In this document: piece by piece, positions 14,753 through 21,872 of the stretch
How the letters are laid out: every line of letters starts with the position of its first letter
How positions within the stretch are numbered: position 1 is the first letter of the stretch
Virus record (IMG/VR): IMGVR_UViG_3300028591_000144
Direction: 5' to 3' (one strand)
Length of the DNA: 33,480 nt
Origin: a virus
Made by a program: the position numbers and the translations under genes
The notes under the pieces: generated by a model
The model's database searches: none
What the model saw: only the letters and a program-made list of their open reading frames with translations
What the model was told of the DNA's origin: nothing

Positions 14753-14863
14753 ATGGGTTGGGGTTGGATTTGTGTGATAACTGGAATCTTAGTCTTTGGA
14801 ATAGCTTGGTATATTGATATTGTAAAACCACAGATTGATAAAATTTGTAAAAAAAATAAATAA
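14753..14863 (+). CDS. small membrane peptide (36 aa)
   Basis: SD AAAGGAGATAC. Single hydrophobic helix. Manual ORF. Confidence 0.5.
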   Translation: MGWGWICVITGILVFGIAWYIDIVKPQIDKICKKNK

Positions 14864-14906
14864 TAAAAAATAGAAGGAAGTAAACAGTTACTTAAATAAA
14901 TACATA

Positions 14907-14956
14907 GAGCGTCTTAAAGACGCTCCGTTTGCGTCTCACGCCAAGCAAACGGAGCG
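14907..14956 (+). repeat. hairpin-C family member with upstream alternative arm
   Basis: Arm gacgctc (14919-14925) can pair with upstream gagcgtc (14907-14913) or with downstream ggagcg in the 12-bp main stem. Confidence 0.65.
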
Positions 14957-15041
14957 AGTTTCGTTTATAGTCAAAATGACCAAAAATTTCATGACAAAAC
15001 CCCGGAGTTTTATGCAATTCATAGAATCCTGGAAAACAGTA

Positions 15042-15070
15042 TTGACATATTTTAAAAATTGCGGTATAAT
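15042..15070 (+). promoter_or_regulatory. sigma70-type promoter TTGACA-17-TATAAT
   Basis: Hexamers read from sequence. Confidence 0.8.
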
Positions 15071-15114
15071 GGGCTTGCCCGATGAGGGAAAGAACAAAAA
15101 ATAAGGAGATCATT

Positions 15115-15285
15115 ATGGATAACATGGCATTCGAACTGATGGAAGCAGAAAACACCATTCAGGAAGATTGGGAAAGATGGAAAGATGAATATGAAGATTT
15201 TGAAGAAGATATGGCAACAAACCCTTATGCCCCTATTGATGATATTGACTATGATATTGCAATTCATCCTTGGGACTATATTTAA
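15115..15285 (+). CDS. acidic small protein (56 aa), paralog of 11920-12078
   Basis: SD AAGGAGATC. Confidence 0.7.
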   Translation: MDNMAFELMEAENTIQEDWERWKDEYEDFEEDMATNPYAPIDDIDYDIAIHPWDYI

Positions 15286-15305
15286 TAATAAAGGAGAATC
15301 TACTA

Positions 15306-15560
15306 ATGAGCTGGACAGATATGTATGATACTCTTCACCTTAATGTTGGTGTAAGTAAAGAAGCCCTTGATCTTGCTTTTGGGCTTAATGGTTGCTCTGA
15401 AGAGACTGCCTGCGATATCCTCCGATATTATACTGGATATAATGACTTTGATCAGTATTTTGATTATGAGTCAGATGATGAAGAAGATTGCCTTGACGAG
15501 CTTTTCAATCTTGATGAAGGATTTGATCCTTATACAGGTTGTTATACCTACGATTGCTAA
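15306..15560 (+). CDS. highly acidic protein (84 aa)
   Basis: SD AAAGGAGAATC. Confidence 0.7.
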   Translation: MSWTDMYDTLHLNVGVSKEALDLAFGLNGCSEETACDILRYYTGYNDFDQYFDYESDDEEDCLDELFNLDEGFDPYTGCYTYDC

Positions 15561-15607
15561 ATAATCTCCTTTTTCTCCTTTTCTCCTCTCTTTTTTCTCT
15601 TTTGTGA

Positions 15608-15662
15608 TGGAGCGTCTAATTGGCGCTCCATTTGCGCGCGTCCCTCGCGCAAATGGAGCGTG
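15608..15662 (+). repeat. hairpin-C family member with triple-arm arrangement
   Basis: atggagcg (15608-15615), cgctccat (15625-15632), atggagcg (15654-15661). The middle arm can pair with either flanking arm. Preceded by a CT-rich tract 15566-15606. Confidence 0.7.
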
Positions 15663-15720
15663 TTTCATTTATGTAAAAATGTACTAAAAATCCAGGACAA
15701 ATATTGTGCATTTTACCATA

Positions 15721-15749
15721 TTGCATTTTTTCCTAATATATGGTAATAT
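15721..15749 (+). promoter_or_regulatory. sigma70-type promoter TTGCAT-17-TAATAT/TATAAT
   Basis: Hexamers read from sequence. Confidence 0.6.
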
Positions 15750-15782
15750 AATACCAAGAGATGAGAGGGGGGAGACCACTTA

Positions 15783-15935
15783 ATGAAAAAATTTATGTTC
15801 TATAATCATGAAGATGGTAATTGCTATTACGTCGTAGCTCAAAAGATAGAATATGCCTATGACATTATGTGTGATTATTTTGGTACTGAATATTTTGCCT
15901 GCTCATTTACTTATGAAGGAGAGATTGACAGATGA
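15783..15935 (+). CDS. hypothetical protein (50 aa)
   Basis: SD GAGGGGGGAG. Manual ORF. Confidence 0.5.
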   Translation: MKKFMFYNHEDGNCYYVVAQKIEYAYDIMCDYFGTEYFACSFTYEGEIDR

Positions 15936-16096
15936 ATAAAAATAAATGGTATTATGAAAATCCAATCACTGGTGAATTTACAGATGATCAGTCACTTGCC
16001 GAATGGTGGACATGGGATCACATTGATGTAAATTGTTGGAAGTGGTCGGACTATTTCAATAACTGGGGAGTCATAATGGTTTGGGAAGGCCAGTAA
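15932..16096 (+). CDS. Trp-rich small protein (54 aa)
   Basis: Start overlaps upstream stop (ATGA). Manual ORF. Confidence 0.5.
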   Translation: MNKNKWYYENPITGEFTDDQSLAEWWTWDHIDVNCWKWSDYFNNWGVIMVWEGQ

Positions 16097-16104
16097 AAAA
16101 GTTC

Positions 16105-16133
16105 TTGACAAACTAATACATTTCTGATATACT
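16105..16133 (+). promoter_or_regulatory. sigma70-type promoter TTGACA-17-TATACT
   Basis: Hexamers read from sequence. Confidence 0.75.
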
Positions 16134-16165
16134 ATAATTACAAAAGATAAGAAAGGAAAAAAACT

Positions 16166-16363
16166 ATGTGGTATACTTATAAGATTAATGATTCTGGCAA
16201 GGCAGTCCTCAGCAAGGCTTTTGAGAAAAAGGAAGACGCCATCCGTCATGCCTGCAAAACCCCCAAGGAAGCTACTTTTATTTCCAATACTGAGCCTGAT
16301 CTGCTCGGTAGGGCCTATAGTAATGACCCTAAATTTAATGCAACGAACTCCTCGGCCGCTTAA
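16166..16363 (+). CDS. hypothetical protein (65 aa)
   Basis: ORF track. SD AGAAAGGAAAAAAAC. Confidence 0.6.
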   Translation: MWYTYKINDSGKAVLSKAFEKKEDAIRHACKTPKEATFISNTEPDLLGRAYSNDPKFNATNSSAA

Positions 16364-16384
16364 ATGCGGCCTTTTTCTTTTTGC

Positions 16385-16424
16385 CGCTCGCTCCACGCAC
16401 GTTTCCTTGCGTGGAGCGAGCGAG
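16385..16424 (+). repeat. hairpin-C family member
   Basis: gctcgctccacgc-acgtttccttgc-gtggagcgagc. Confidence 0.65.
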
Positions 16425-16483
16425 TTTGCTTTATTGTATATTTTAGACAATTTTTAATAAAAATATTTATGCAAAATGCCATA

Positions 16484-16512
16484 TTGCAAAATTCCTAATA
16501 ATGTGATATATT
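16484..16512 (+). promoter_or_regulatory. sigma70-type promoter TTGCAA-17-TATATT
   Basis: Hexamers read from sequence. Confidence 0.7.
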
Positions 16513-16545
16513 ATAATCATCCAAGAGATAAAGGAGATCAAGATA

Positions 16546-16701
16546 ATGACTGAATTAATGGAAATGAAAGAAAAAGTTATAGCGCAGTATGGCAAAGACA
16601 GTTTTGAGGCCGGGTATATTCAATATATCTTTTCTAAACGTCCTACAGCATATTTTAAAAAAATTTGTATTGAATTGCTCACTAAAAAAAATAAAAAATA
16701 A
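16546..16701 (+). CDS. hypothetical protein (51 aa)
   Basis: SD AAAGGAGATCAAG. Manual ORF. Confidence 0.5.
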   Translation: MTELMEMKEKVIAQYGKDSFEAGYIQYIFSKRPTAYFKKICIELLTKKNKK

Positions 16702-16740
16702 TATAAAAAAAAACAAAAGAAAAGAAAGGAAATAAAAAAA

Positions 16741-17067
16741 ATGAAAACTAACATGACAGCCCACGCCAAATTTGATCGAGTCAACCGCCTGGAATATATC
16801 ATTAATACTATTGGTATTGGAAATGTAGTAGCTGAAATCTCTACTATTGATAAACAGGGACGAGCTGGCTTCCAGAAGCTGACAGATACAGGAGTTATTA
16901 TTATTCTCTCTGCTGATAATAAAACTATTGTCACTGCTTATATAGCTACCCCAGATCAGGCTTGCGCTGTTTATAAAACAGCAAAAAAAGTTAGCAGGGT
17001 GCCTGATGGACTGTATAGTAGAATCCGTAAAAATGAAGCTATTATGAAAAAGCAGCCTAAGTTTTAA
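16741..17067 (+). CDS. hypothetical protein (108 aa)
   Basis: ORF track. SD GAAAGGAAAT. Confidence 0.65.
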   Translation: MKTNMTAHAKFDRVNRLEYIINTIGIGNVVAEISTIDKQGRAGFQKLTDTGVIIILSADNKTIVTAYIATPDQACAVYKTAKKVSRVPDGLYSRIRKNEAIMKKQPKF

Positions 17068-17077
17068 TGTAAAAATA

Positions 17078-17110
17078 GGAAAGAGAAAAAAACTCTTTCC
17101 TATTTTTATT
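17078..17110 (+). terminator. rho-independent terminator
   Basis: aggaaagag-aaaaaaa-ctctttcct + ATTTTTATTT. Confidence 0.8.
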
Positions 17111-17111
17111 T

Positions 17112-17150
17112 GGCGTTTCCTTTGCGCGCGTTCCTTGCGCAGAGGAAACG
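17112..17150 (+). repeat. hairpin-C family member
   Basis: gcgtttcctttgcgc-gcgttccttgc-gcagaggaaacg. Confidence 0.65.
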
Positions 17151-17211
17151 AGTTATCCTTTTTGTTTACAATGTATAATTTTTTTTATATTTTTTTGTGC
17201 ATTATTACATA

Positions 17212-17239
17212 TTGCAAATTTCCTAAAAAGTGCTATAAT
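17212..17239 (+). promoter_or_regulatory. sigma70-type promoter TTGCAA-16-TATAAT driving a non-coding transcript
   Basis: Hexamers read from sequence. Confidence 0.65.
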
Positions 17240-17245
17240 CATAAT

Positions 17246-17345
17246 TGTCAAGGGGGAACGGAGAGAGTACGAGGCAAAAAGTCGTAAGACCTCTCGTGAG
17301 GGTGACATAATCAACGAGCCACGCGCCGTGAAAGTTTTTTTAAAA
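17246..17345 (+). ncRNA. candidate sRNA locus (family 1, copy 1)
   Basis: Own promoter and no ORF. Begins AATTGTCAAGGGGGA. Ends with hairpin plus AAAGTTTTTTT, just before the next promoter. Homologous start and end at 31965-32115. Confidence 0.5.
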
Positions 17346-17361
17346 AAAATAAGAAAACCCC

Positions 17362-17390
17362 TTGATATCTTTTCAGAAGTATGATATAAT
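17362..17390 (+). promoter_or_regulatory. sigma70-type promoter TTGATA-17-TATAAT (TG-extended)
   Basis: Hexamers read from sequence. Confidence 0.75.
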
Positions 17391-17425
17391 TAAATCACAA
17401 AAAAAATAAAAAGGAGATAAAAAAA

Positions 17426-17995
17426 ATGAATACTATTCTTGATTGTACTGTTACCACTCGTTGCCCCTTCTGCGGAAAATCCAATGATGTTAAAGTCAAT
17501 GAGATGGACTATCTTGATTGGCTGGATGGTAAACTGGCGCAGAAAGCATTCCCCTACCTCTCTGCTGATGAGCGTGAGATGCTGATTTCTGGCATCTGCC
17601 CTGCTTGCTGGGATTCTACATTCGGCTCTGATGAAGAGCCTGACCCCGATGAAGTAGACATTCATGGAAATACTTTTGGGGATGATGAAGAAGAAGAAAA
17701 TGAAAAAAATGAAGAAGATTCTGAGATGGAAAAATTGATGTCTGCGCTTACTGCTTACAACATCCCGTATGAAACGACTATTGATTGTACTGGAGAAGGT
17801 CTGCAAGTTTGGTATCCTTCGCGTGATGATAATATTTGTGACGTGATTTGTCATAAATATTCTTATGGCGGATCAGAAGGACTCCTGGAAATGATGGGCC
17901 TTGTCCCTGATGACTGGGGAGATAGCGTACAGGGATATCTGACCGCAGAAGAAGTATTCGGGCGTATTCACGCTAATTACTTTGGCACAGTTTAA
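17426..17995 (+). CDS. zinc-ribbon plus acidic-tail protein (189 aa). N-terminal 85 aa paralogous to 28387-28656
   Basis: ORF track. SD AAAGGAGATA. Motifs CPFCG...CPACWD. D/E-rich middle region. Confidence 0.75.
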   Translation: MNTILDCTVTTRCPFCGKSNDVKVNEMDYLDWLDGKLAQKAFPYLSADEREMLISGICPACWDSTFGSDEEPDPDEVDIHGNTFGDDEEEENEKNEEDSEMEKLMSALTAYNIPYETTIDCTGEGLQVWYPSRDDNICDVICHKYSYGGSEGLLEMMGLVPDDWGDSVQGYLTAEEVFGRIHANYFGTV

Positions 17996-18002
17996 TAAAA
18001 AA

Positions 18003-18058
18003 ACAGAGGAAATGCTTTGAGCGTTTCCTCTGCGCGCGTTCCTTGCGCAGAGGAAACG
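18003..18058 (+). repeat. hairpin-C family member with triple-arm arrangement
   Basis: cagaggaaa (18003-18011), tttcctctg (18023-18031), cagaggaaacg (18047-18057). The middle arm pairs with either. Confidence 0.7.
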
Positions 18059-18118
18059 TCTTTATATCATAGACAAAGTATACAAAAATCCAGGATAAAA
18101 GTTGTATATTATGTCATA

Positions 18119-18147
18119 TTGCATTTTCTCCTGATATATGGTATATT
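18119..18147 (+). promoter_or_regulatory. sigma70-type promoter TTGCAT-17-TATATT
   Basis: Hexamers read from sequence. Confidence 0.7.
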
Positions 18148-18179
18148 ATACTCACATAAGAGATAAGGAGATTATAAAA

Positions 18180-18374
18180 ATGCTTATTGACTATTTGTTT
18201 GAAAATGTAAATGAAGACAGTGATTGGTGCGGAGAGCAGTTTTTTGTAGAATGTAAAAAGAATGAAGACCCTTGGATTATAGTTAAAATGAACTTCTGCA
18301 CTACTGAAGATTTTGAATTAATTGGCGAATATACACCAGAAGAAGCAGAAATTTTAGGATATGATACCTATTAA
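18180..18374 (+). CDS. acidic small protein (64 aa)
   Basis: SD AAGGAGATTA. Start chosen at the SD-proximal ATG. Confidence 0.6.
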   Translation: MLIDYLFENVNEDSDWCGEQFFVECKKNEDPWIIVKMNFCTTEDFELIGEYTPEEAEILGYDTY

Positions 18375-18408
18375 GGTATCTACCATACATTAAAAAGGAG
18401 ATAAAAAG

Positions 18409-18633
18409 ATGAATCTTGAAAATTTGACTAATCGTGAGCGTTGCCTTCTGCGTGCAATTGGTATGCTTAAAGACCGTAAAAATTATTACGCCAGTATGCA
18501 TAAACCTGTTGATATTGATGTTACTGATAAAATGTATTGGGCCTATGATTCTGCTGTTGCAATTCTTGAGTCTGCGTGGGATGAAGATTTGGAAACACTG
18601 AATCAGTTTGATTATTTTGGAAAGGAAGACTAA
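18409..18633 (+). CDS. hypothetical protein (74 aa), operon-copy 1 gene A, paralog of 19696
   Basis: ORF track. SD AAAAGGAGATA. Confidence 0.7.
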   Translation: MNLENLTNRERCLLRAIGMLKDRKNYYASMHKPVDIDVTDKMYWAYDSAVAILESAWDEDLETLNQFDYFGKED

Positions 18634-18634
18634 A

Positions 18635-18856
18635 ATGCTTACTATTATTACTAAAGCTAACTCTGATTATTGGTATCAGTTTAAAGAAATTAACACTATT
18701 GAAGATATTCTTAGCCTTTACCCCAGATGCGTTGTAGAAAAAAATGATTATGATGAAAGTCTTGTCCCCTTTTGGGAAGGATTTAAAATAGAAGATATTC
18801 CTAATTTAAGGAAAGCAAAATGTCATATTATAATTTATAATGGCTATATAGAATAA
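18635..18856 (+). CDS. hypothetical protein (73 aa), operon-copy 1 middle gene
   Basis: SD GAAAGGAAGAC. Confidence 0.6.
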   Translation: MLTIITKANSDYWYQFKEINTIEDILSLYPRCVVEKNDYDESLVPFWEGFKIEDIPNLRKAKCHIIIYNGYIE

Positions 18857-18871
18857 AAAGGAATAAAATAA

Positions 18872-19060
18872 ATGTGGATTGAAGATTTGGTTAAAGCCCT
18901 TTATTTTTTGAATGCATCTGAATATAAGCATACAGTATGCATTGAAAAGATTGAAAAAGAATTAGTTTGGTTTTCAAATCATAAAACCATGCCTGTGCAG
19001 GTGCTTGCAAATTGTTATGACAATTATCTCAGAACAGGTGAAATTGTGAAACTTTGGTAA
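18872..19060 (+). CDS. hypothetical protein (62 aa), operon-copy 1 gene C, paralog of 20119
   Basis: ORF track. SD AAAAGGAATAA. Confidence 0.7.
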   Translation: MWIEDLVKALYFLNASEYKHTVCIEKIEKELVWFSNHKTMPVQVLANCYDNYLRTGEIVKLW

Positions 19061-19081
19061 AACAAAGTTTCACTTTTTTTA
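19047..19081 (+). terminator. rho-independent terminator
   Basis: gaaactttg-gtaaaa-caaagtttc + ACTTTTTTT. Confidence 0.8.
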
Positions 19082-19083
19082 TT

Positions 19084-19125
19084 GACGCCACCTTTGCGCG
19101 CGTCTCTTGCGCAAAGGTGGCGTCT
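19084..19125 (+). repeat. hairpin-C family member
   Basis: gacgccacctttgcgcgc-gtctct-tgcgcaaaggtggcgtc. Confidence 0.75.
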
Positions 19126-19182
19126 TTGCATCATAGACAAAGTCCCCAAAAATTAAAAACAAAAGTTGTGCATTATGCCATA

Positions 19183-19211
19183 TTGCAATTTTCCTAATTA
19201 TATTGTATAAT
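19183..19211 (+). promoter_or_regulatory. sigma70-type promoter TTGCAA-17-TATAAT
   Basis: Hexamers read from sequence. Confidence 0.75.
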
Positions 19212-19252
19212 AAGATTAATCAAAAGAAGAAAAATAAAAAGGAGATAAAAAG

Positions 19253-19429
19253 ATGAAAAATAAAAGAGATTGTGCTTGTTTGATGACTATTAAAGACTTG
19301 TATGATTGGGCAGTTGAGCAAGGTATTGAAGAATACATCCTATTTAAGTTTGATGTAGATGGTACAGTAAATAATTGTTTCACCTTTGATATTGAAGTTG
19401 ATGAAGATGAAAAAGCACTTATCCTGTAA
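19253..19429 (+). CDS. hypothetical protein (58 aa)
   Basis: SD AAAAGGAGATAAAAAG. Manual ORF. Confidence 0.55.
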   Translation: MKNKRDCACLMTIKDLYDWAVEQGIEEYILFKFDVDGTVNNCFTFDIEVDEDEKALIL

Positions 19430-19448
19430 TTAAGAAAGAAGTCACGCA

Positions 19449-19679
19449 ATGAAAGTTAGATTTATTTATACAAAGCAAGTAGAAGTAGAAAAAGAAGTAT
19501 CTGATGATTTTATTCCTCTCTTGGATGAAGACACAATGTATAGTCGTTCTTGGCTTGATTTAAATGAAGCATTTCGTGACCAAGCGTGGGAAATTTGGGC
19601 GCAGCTTGAAAAAGAACCTAACTTTTATCGACCTCTGGCTGTTATGACTGAGGATGATGATATTTTAGCAGAATATTAA
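19449..19679 (+). CDS. acidic protein (76 aa)
   Basis: ORF track. Confidence 0.6.
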   Translation: MKVRFIYTKQVEVEKEVSDDFIPLLDEDTMYSRSWLDLNEAFRDQAWEIWAQLEKEPNFYRPLAVMTEDDDILAEY

Positions 19680-19695
19680 AAAAGGAGATAAAAAG

Positions 19696-19896
19696 ATGAA
19701 TTCTGAAAATCTGACTAATCGTGAACGTTGTCTTCTGCGTGCAATTGGTATGCTTAAAGACCGTAAGAATTATTACGCTAATGCGTGCTGTGAAGAATAT
19801 TATGCTTATGATTCTGCCACTGCAATTCTTGAGTTTGCGTGGAACGAAAACTGGGAAGCGCTAAATCAGTTTGATTATTTTGGGGGGGAAAACTGA
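19696..19896 (+). CDS. hypothetical protein (66 aa), operon-copy 2 gene A
   Basis: ORF track. SD AAAAGGAGATA. Confidence 0.7.
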   Translation: MNSENLTNRERCLLRAIGMLKDRKNYYANACCEEYYAYDSATAILEFAWNENWEALNQFDYFGGEN

Positions 19897-19897
19897 A

Positions 19898-20116
19898 ATG
19901 AAAGCAAAAGTTGAATACATCACCAAAGTCGTGAAAGAGATTGAAGTTCCTGATAAATGGGCTGAATGGGCCGAATCAGGCTGGCAAGATGAAACGGTCT
20001 ATAAAGAGATCGAACAGTTTTGGCAAGACATTGCTAAGACAGAAGATGAATACTATTTTCAGCCAAGTGGCATTTATTATGGTAATAATTTTCAGTGGAT
20101 GATTGCGGAGTATTAA
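19898..20116 (+). CDS. acidic protein (72 aa), operon-copy 2 middle gene. Paralog at 29774
   Basis: SD GGGGGGGAAAAC. Confidence 0.6.
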   Translation: MKAKVEYITKVVKEIEVPDKWAEWAESGWQDETVYKEIEQFWQDIAKTEDEYYFQPSGIYYGNNFQWMIAEY

Positions 20117-20118
20117 AA

Positions 20119-20307
20119 ATGTGGATTGAAGATTTAACTAAAGCATTGTATTTTCTTAATGCATCTGATTATAAGTATACAGTTTGCATTGAAAAAATAG
20201 AGAAGAATGTCGTATTCTTTTCTAACAGACAATGCGTATCTGTAAAGCGTCTGGCTGATGCATACGATAAATATATTAAAACAGGTAAAATAGTAGATCT
20301 TTGGTAA
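20119..20307 (+). CDS. hypothetical protein (62 aa), operon-copy 2 gene C
   Basis: SD GCGGAGTA. Confidence 0.65.
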   Translation: MWIEDLTKALYFLNASDYKYTVCIEKIEKNVVFFSNRQCVSVKRLADAYDKYIKTGKIVDLW

Positions 20308-20323
20308 GGTCTACTATTTTATT

Positions 20324-20365
20324 GACGCCACCTTTGCGCGCGTCTCTTACGCAAAGGTGGCGTCT
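20324..20365 (+). repeat. hairpin-C family member (near-identical to 19084 copy)
   Basis: gacgccacctttgcgcgc-gtctct-tacgcaaaggtggcgtc. Confidence 0.75.
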
Positions 20366-20423
20366 TTTATCTTTTGAGTATATTGCACAATTTCCAGGCT
20401 ATATTTTTGTATATTTTTATAAT

Positions 20424-20452
20424 TGACTTTTTTCCTATTATACTGTATACTA
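20424..20452 (+). promoter_or_regulatory. sigma70-type promoter TTGACT-17-TATACT
   Basis: Hexamers read from sequence. Confidence 0.75.
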
Positions 20453-20485
20453 TAGACAATCCAAAAGATAAAGGAGAGAAAGACA

Positions 20486-20656
20486 ATGCGTAAAATTTAT
20501 TTTAAAGTGACTTATAAAAGACTTTGTGATAATCAACCTTGTATTATCTTCTGTAGAACGCTGGAAGAAGCTTATGCACGAATCGCTGAGAAGAAAGCTG
20601 AAAAACCTCCAAAATATTATGGATATAAAATTATTCCTATTAAATTAAAAGTATAA
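20486..20656 (+). CDS. hypothetical protein (56 aa)
   Basis: SD AAAGGAGAGAAAG. Manual ORF. Confidence 0.55.
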   Translation: MRKIYFKVTYKRLCDNQPCIIFCRTLEEAYARIAEKKAEKPPKYYGYKIIPIKLKV

Positions 20657-20680
20657 TTAAAGGAAAAGGAGAAATAAAAG

Positions 20681-20830
20681 ATGAGTACAAAAAATCCTTA
20701 TGCTATTAAAATGGATACAGAAACCCTTCAGCAGTACTTGGCTTTTCGCAATAAGCAGGGAGTTAAACCTGCAAAAAAAGGAAAAGGAAAAAAATACAGC
20801 CGTAATGATTTTAAAAAAGGAATTATTTAA
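20681..20830 (+). CDS. basic small protein (49 aa)
   Basis: SD AAAAGGAGAAAT. Manual ORF. Confidence 0.55.
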   Translation: MSTKNPYAIKMDTETLQQYLAFRNKQGVKPAKKGKGKKYSRNDFKKGII

Positions 20831-20849
20831 TTAAAAAGGAGATACTATT

Positions 20850-21026
20850 ATGGCACATTTTCAGGTAATTTTTGAGGATACTGTTCACGGCATCCAGATT
20901 AACCACTTTGACGAGTATGCTGATGCTCAGGAGTATTGGGATACTTACGCCGACCTGCCTACCTGCTATGCTGGTGAAATGATTGATCTCGATAATGAAG
21001 AAGTAATCTGGGAATTTGGAGAGTAA
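20850..21026 (+). CDS. acidic small protein (58 aa)
   Basis: SD AAAAGGAGATAC. Manual ORF. Confidence 0.55.
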   Translation: MAHFQVIFEDTVHGIQINHFDEYADAQEYWDTYADLPTCYAGEMIDLDNEEVIWEFGE

Positions 21027-21028
21027 TT

Positions 21029-21205
21029 ATGTACTGGAAAGATTTCCTTAAAGCAATTATTGATGAAATGCCCTCTCGTGATGATACTCGTATTTACATT
21101 CATGAGTATAAAAATGATTATGAAGTAGACTGCTATGAAATTATCAGTATTTCTAATGAGGGGTCAAACGATAGTATTTCTATCAATATAAAAAAAGTTG
21201 ACTAA
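21029..21205 (+). CDS. hypothetical protein (58 aa)
   Basis: Starts 2 nt after the upstream stop. Manual ORF. Confidence 0.5.
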   Translation: MYWKDFLKAIIDEMPSRDDTRIYIHEYKNDYEVDCYEIISISNEGSNDSISINIKKVD

Positions 21206-21270
21206 AGAGGGGAATTAATCCCCTCTAAAATCGCTTAGGCGCAGTTCATAATTTATTTACAATTCTTCTA

Positions 21271-21299
21271 TTGACTTTTTACAAAAAAGAAAGTATAAT
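21271..21299 (+). promoter_or_regulatory. sigma70-type promoter TTGACT-17-TATAAT (TTCATAATTTATTTACAATT upstream family)
   Basis: Hexamers read from sequence. Same upstream block at 28166 and 33196. Confidence 0.75.
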
Positions 21300-21344
21300 A
21301 ATATCTGTAGGAAAGAAAAAATAAAAAATAAAGGAGATAAAAAG

Positions 21345-21581
21345 ATGAAAGTTATCAGAGAAGCTGAAAAACGTGCAACTTATTTTTCAGACCTTCGTAT
21401 GGGTGATGTTTTTCTATTTTGTGAAAAACCATTTATTAAGATCTACACCTGCAAGATAAATAGTATAGAGAATAATACAATTATTAATGCTGTATGCCTT
21501 AATGATGGTGAAATATATGAATTTAATGCTTGGGATAAGGTAGAGTCTGTTAATGCTGAACTAACTATTAAAGTTAAATAA
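21345..21581 (+). CDS. hypothetical protein (78 aa)
   Basis: ORF track. SD AAAGGAGATAAAAAG. Confidence 0.7.
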   Translation: MKVIREAEKRATYFSDLRMGDVFLFCEKPFIKIYTCKINSIENNTIINAVCLNDGEIYEFNAWDKVESVNAELTIKVK

Positions 21582-21617
21582 TGAAGAAATTATTTAAGCT
21601 TTTGGAGATAAAAATAA

Positions 21618-21872
21618 ATGATAAAAGAATGGTTTGAATTAAAGAAACCTTATCATTTCGAAACGAATGATATTATTGCATTGCTAAATTTATTTAATAC
21701 TTTTGCTGTGATAGCGTTTGGGCTTATAGCTTCTTGGTTTGGGCTTGCAATTGCTATTATCTGCATCATTGATGACATTATTGAAGTAAGACGCTTTAAT
21801 CTTATGACGCTGCATCTTTCGATTGCTATTCTTAATGCTTATTTTCTTATGACTTTTTATAACATATTATGA
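21618..21872 (+). CDS. two-helix membrane protein (84 aa), tandem paralog 1
   Basis: ORF track. Confidence 0.65.
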   Translation: MIKEWFELKKPYHFETNDIIALLNLFNTFAVIAFGLIASWFGLAIAIICIIDDIIEVRRFNLMTLHLSIAILNAYFLMTFYNIL

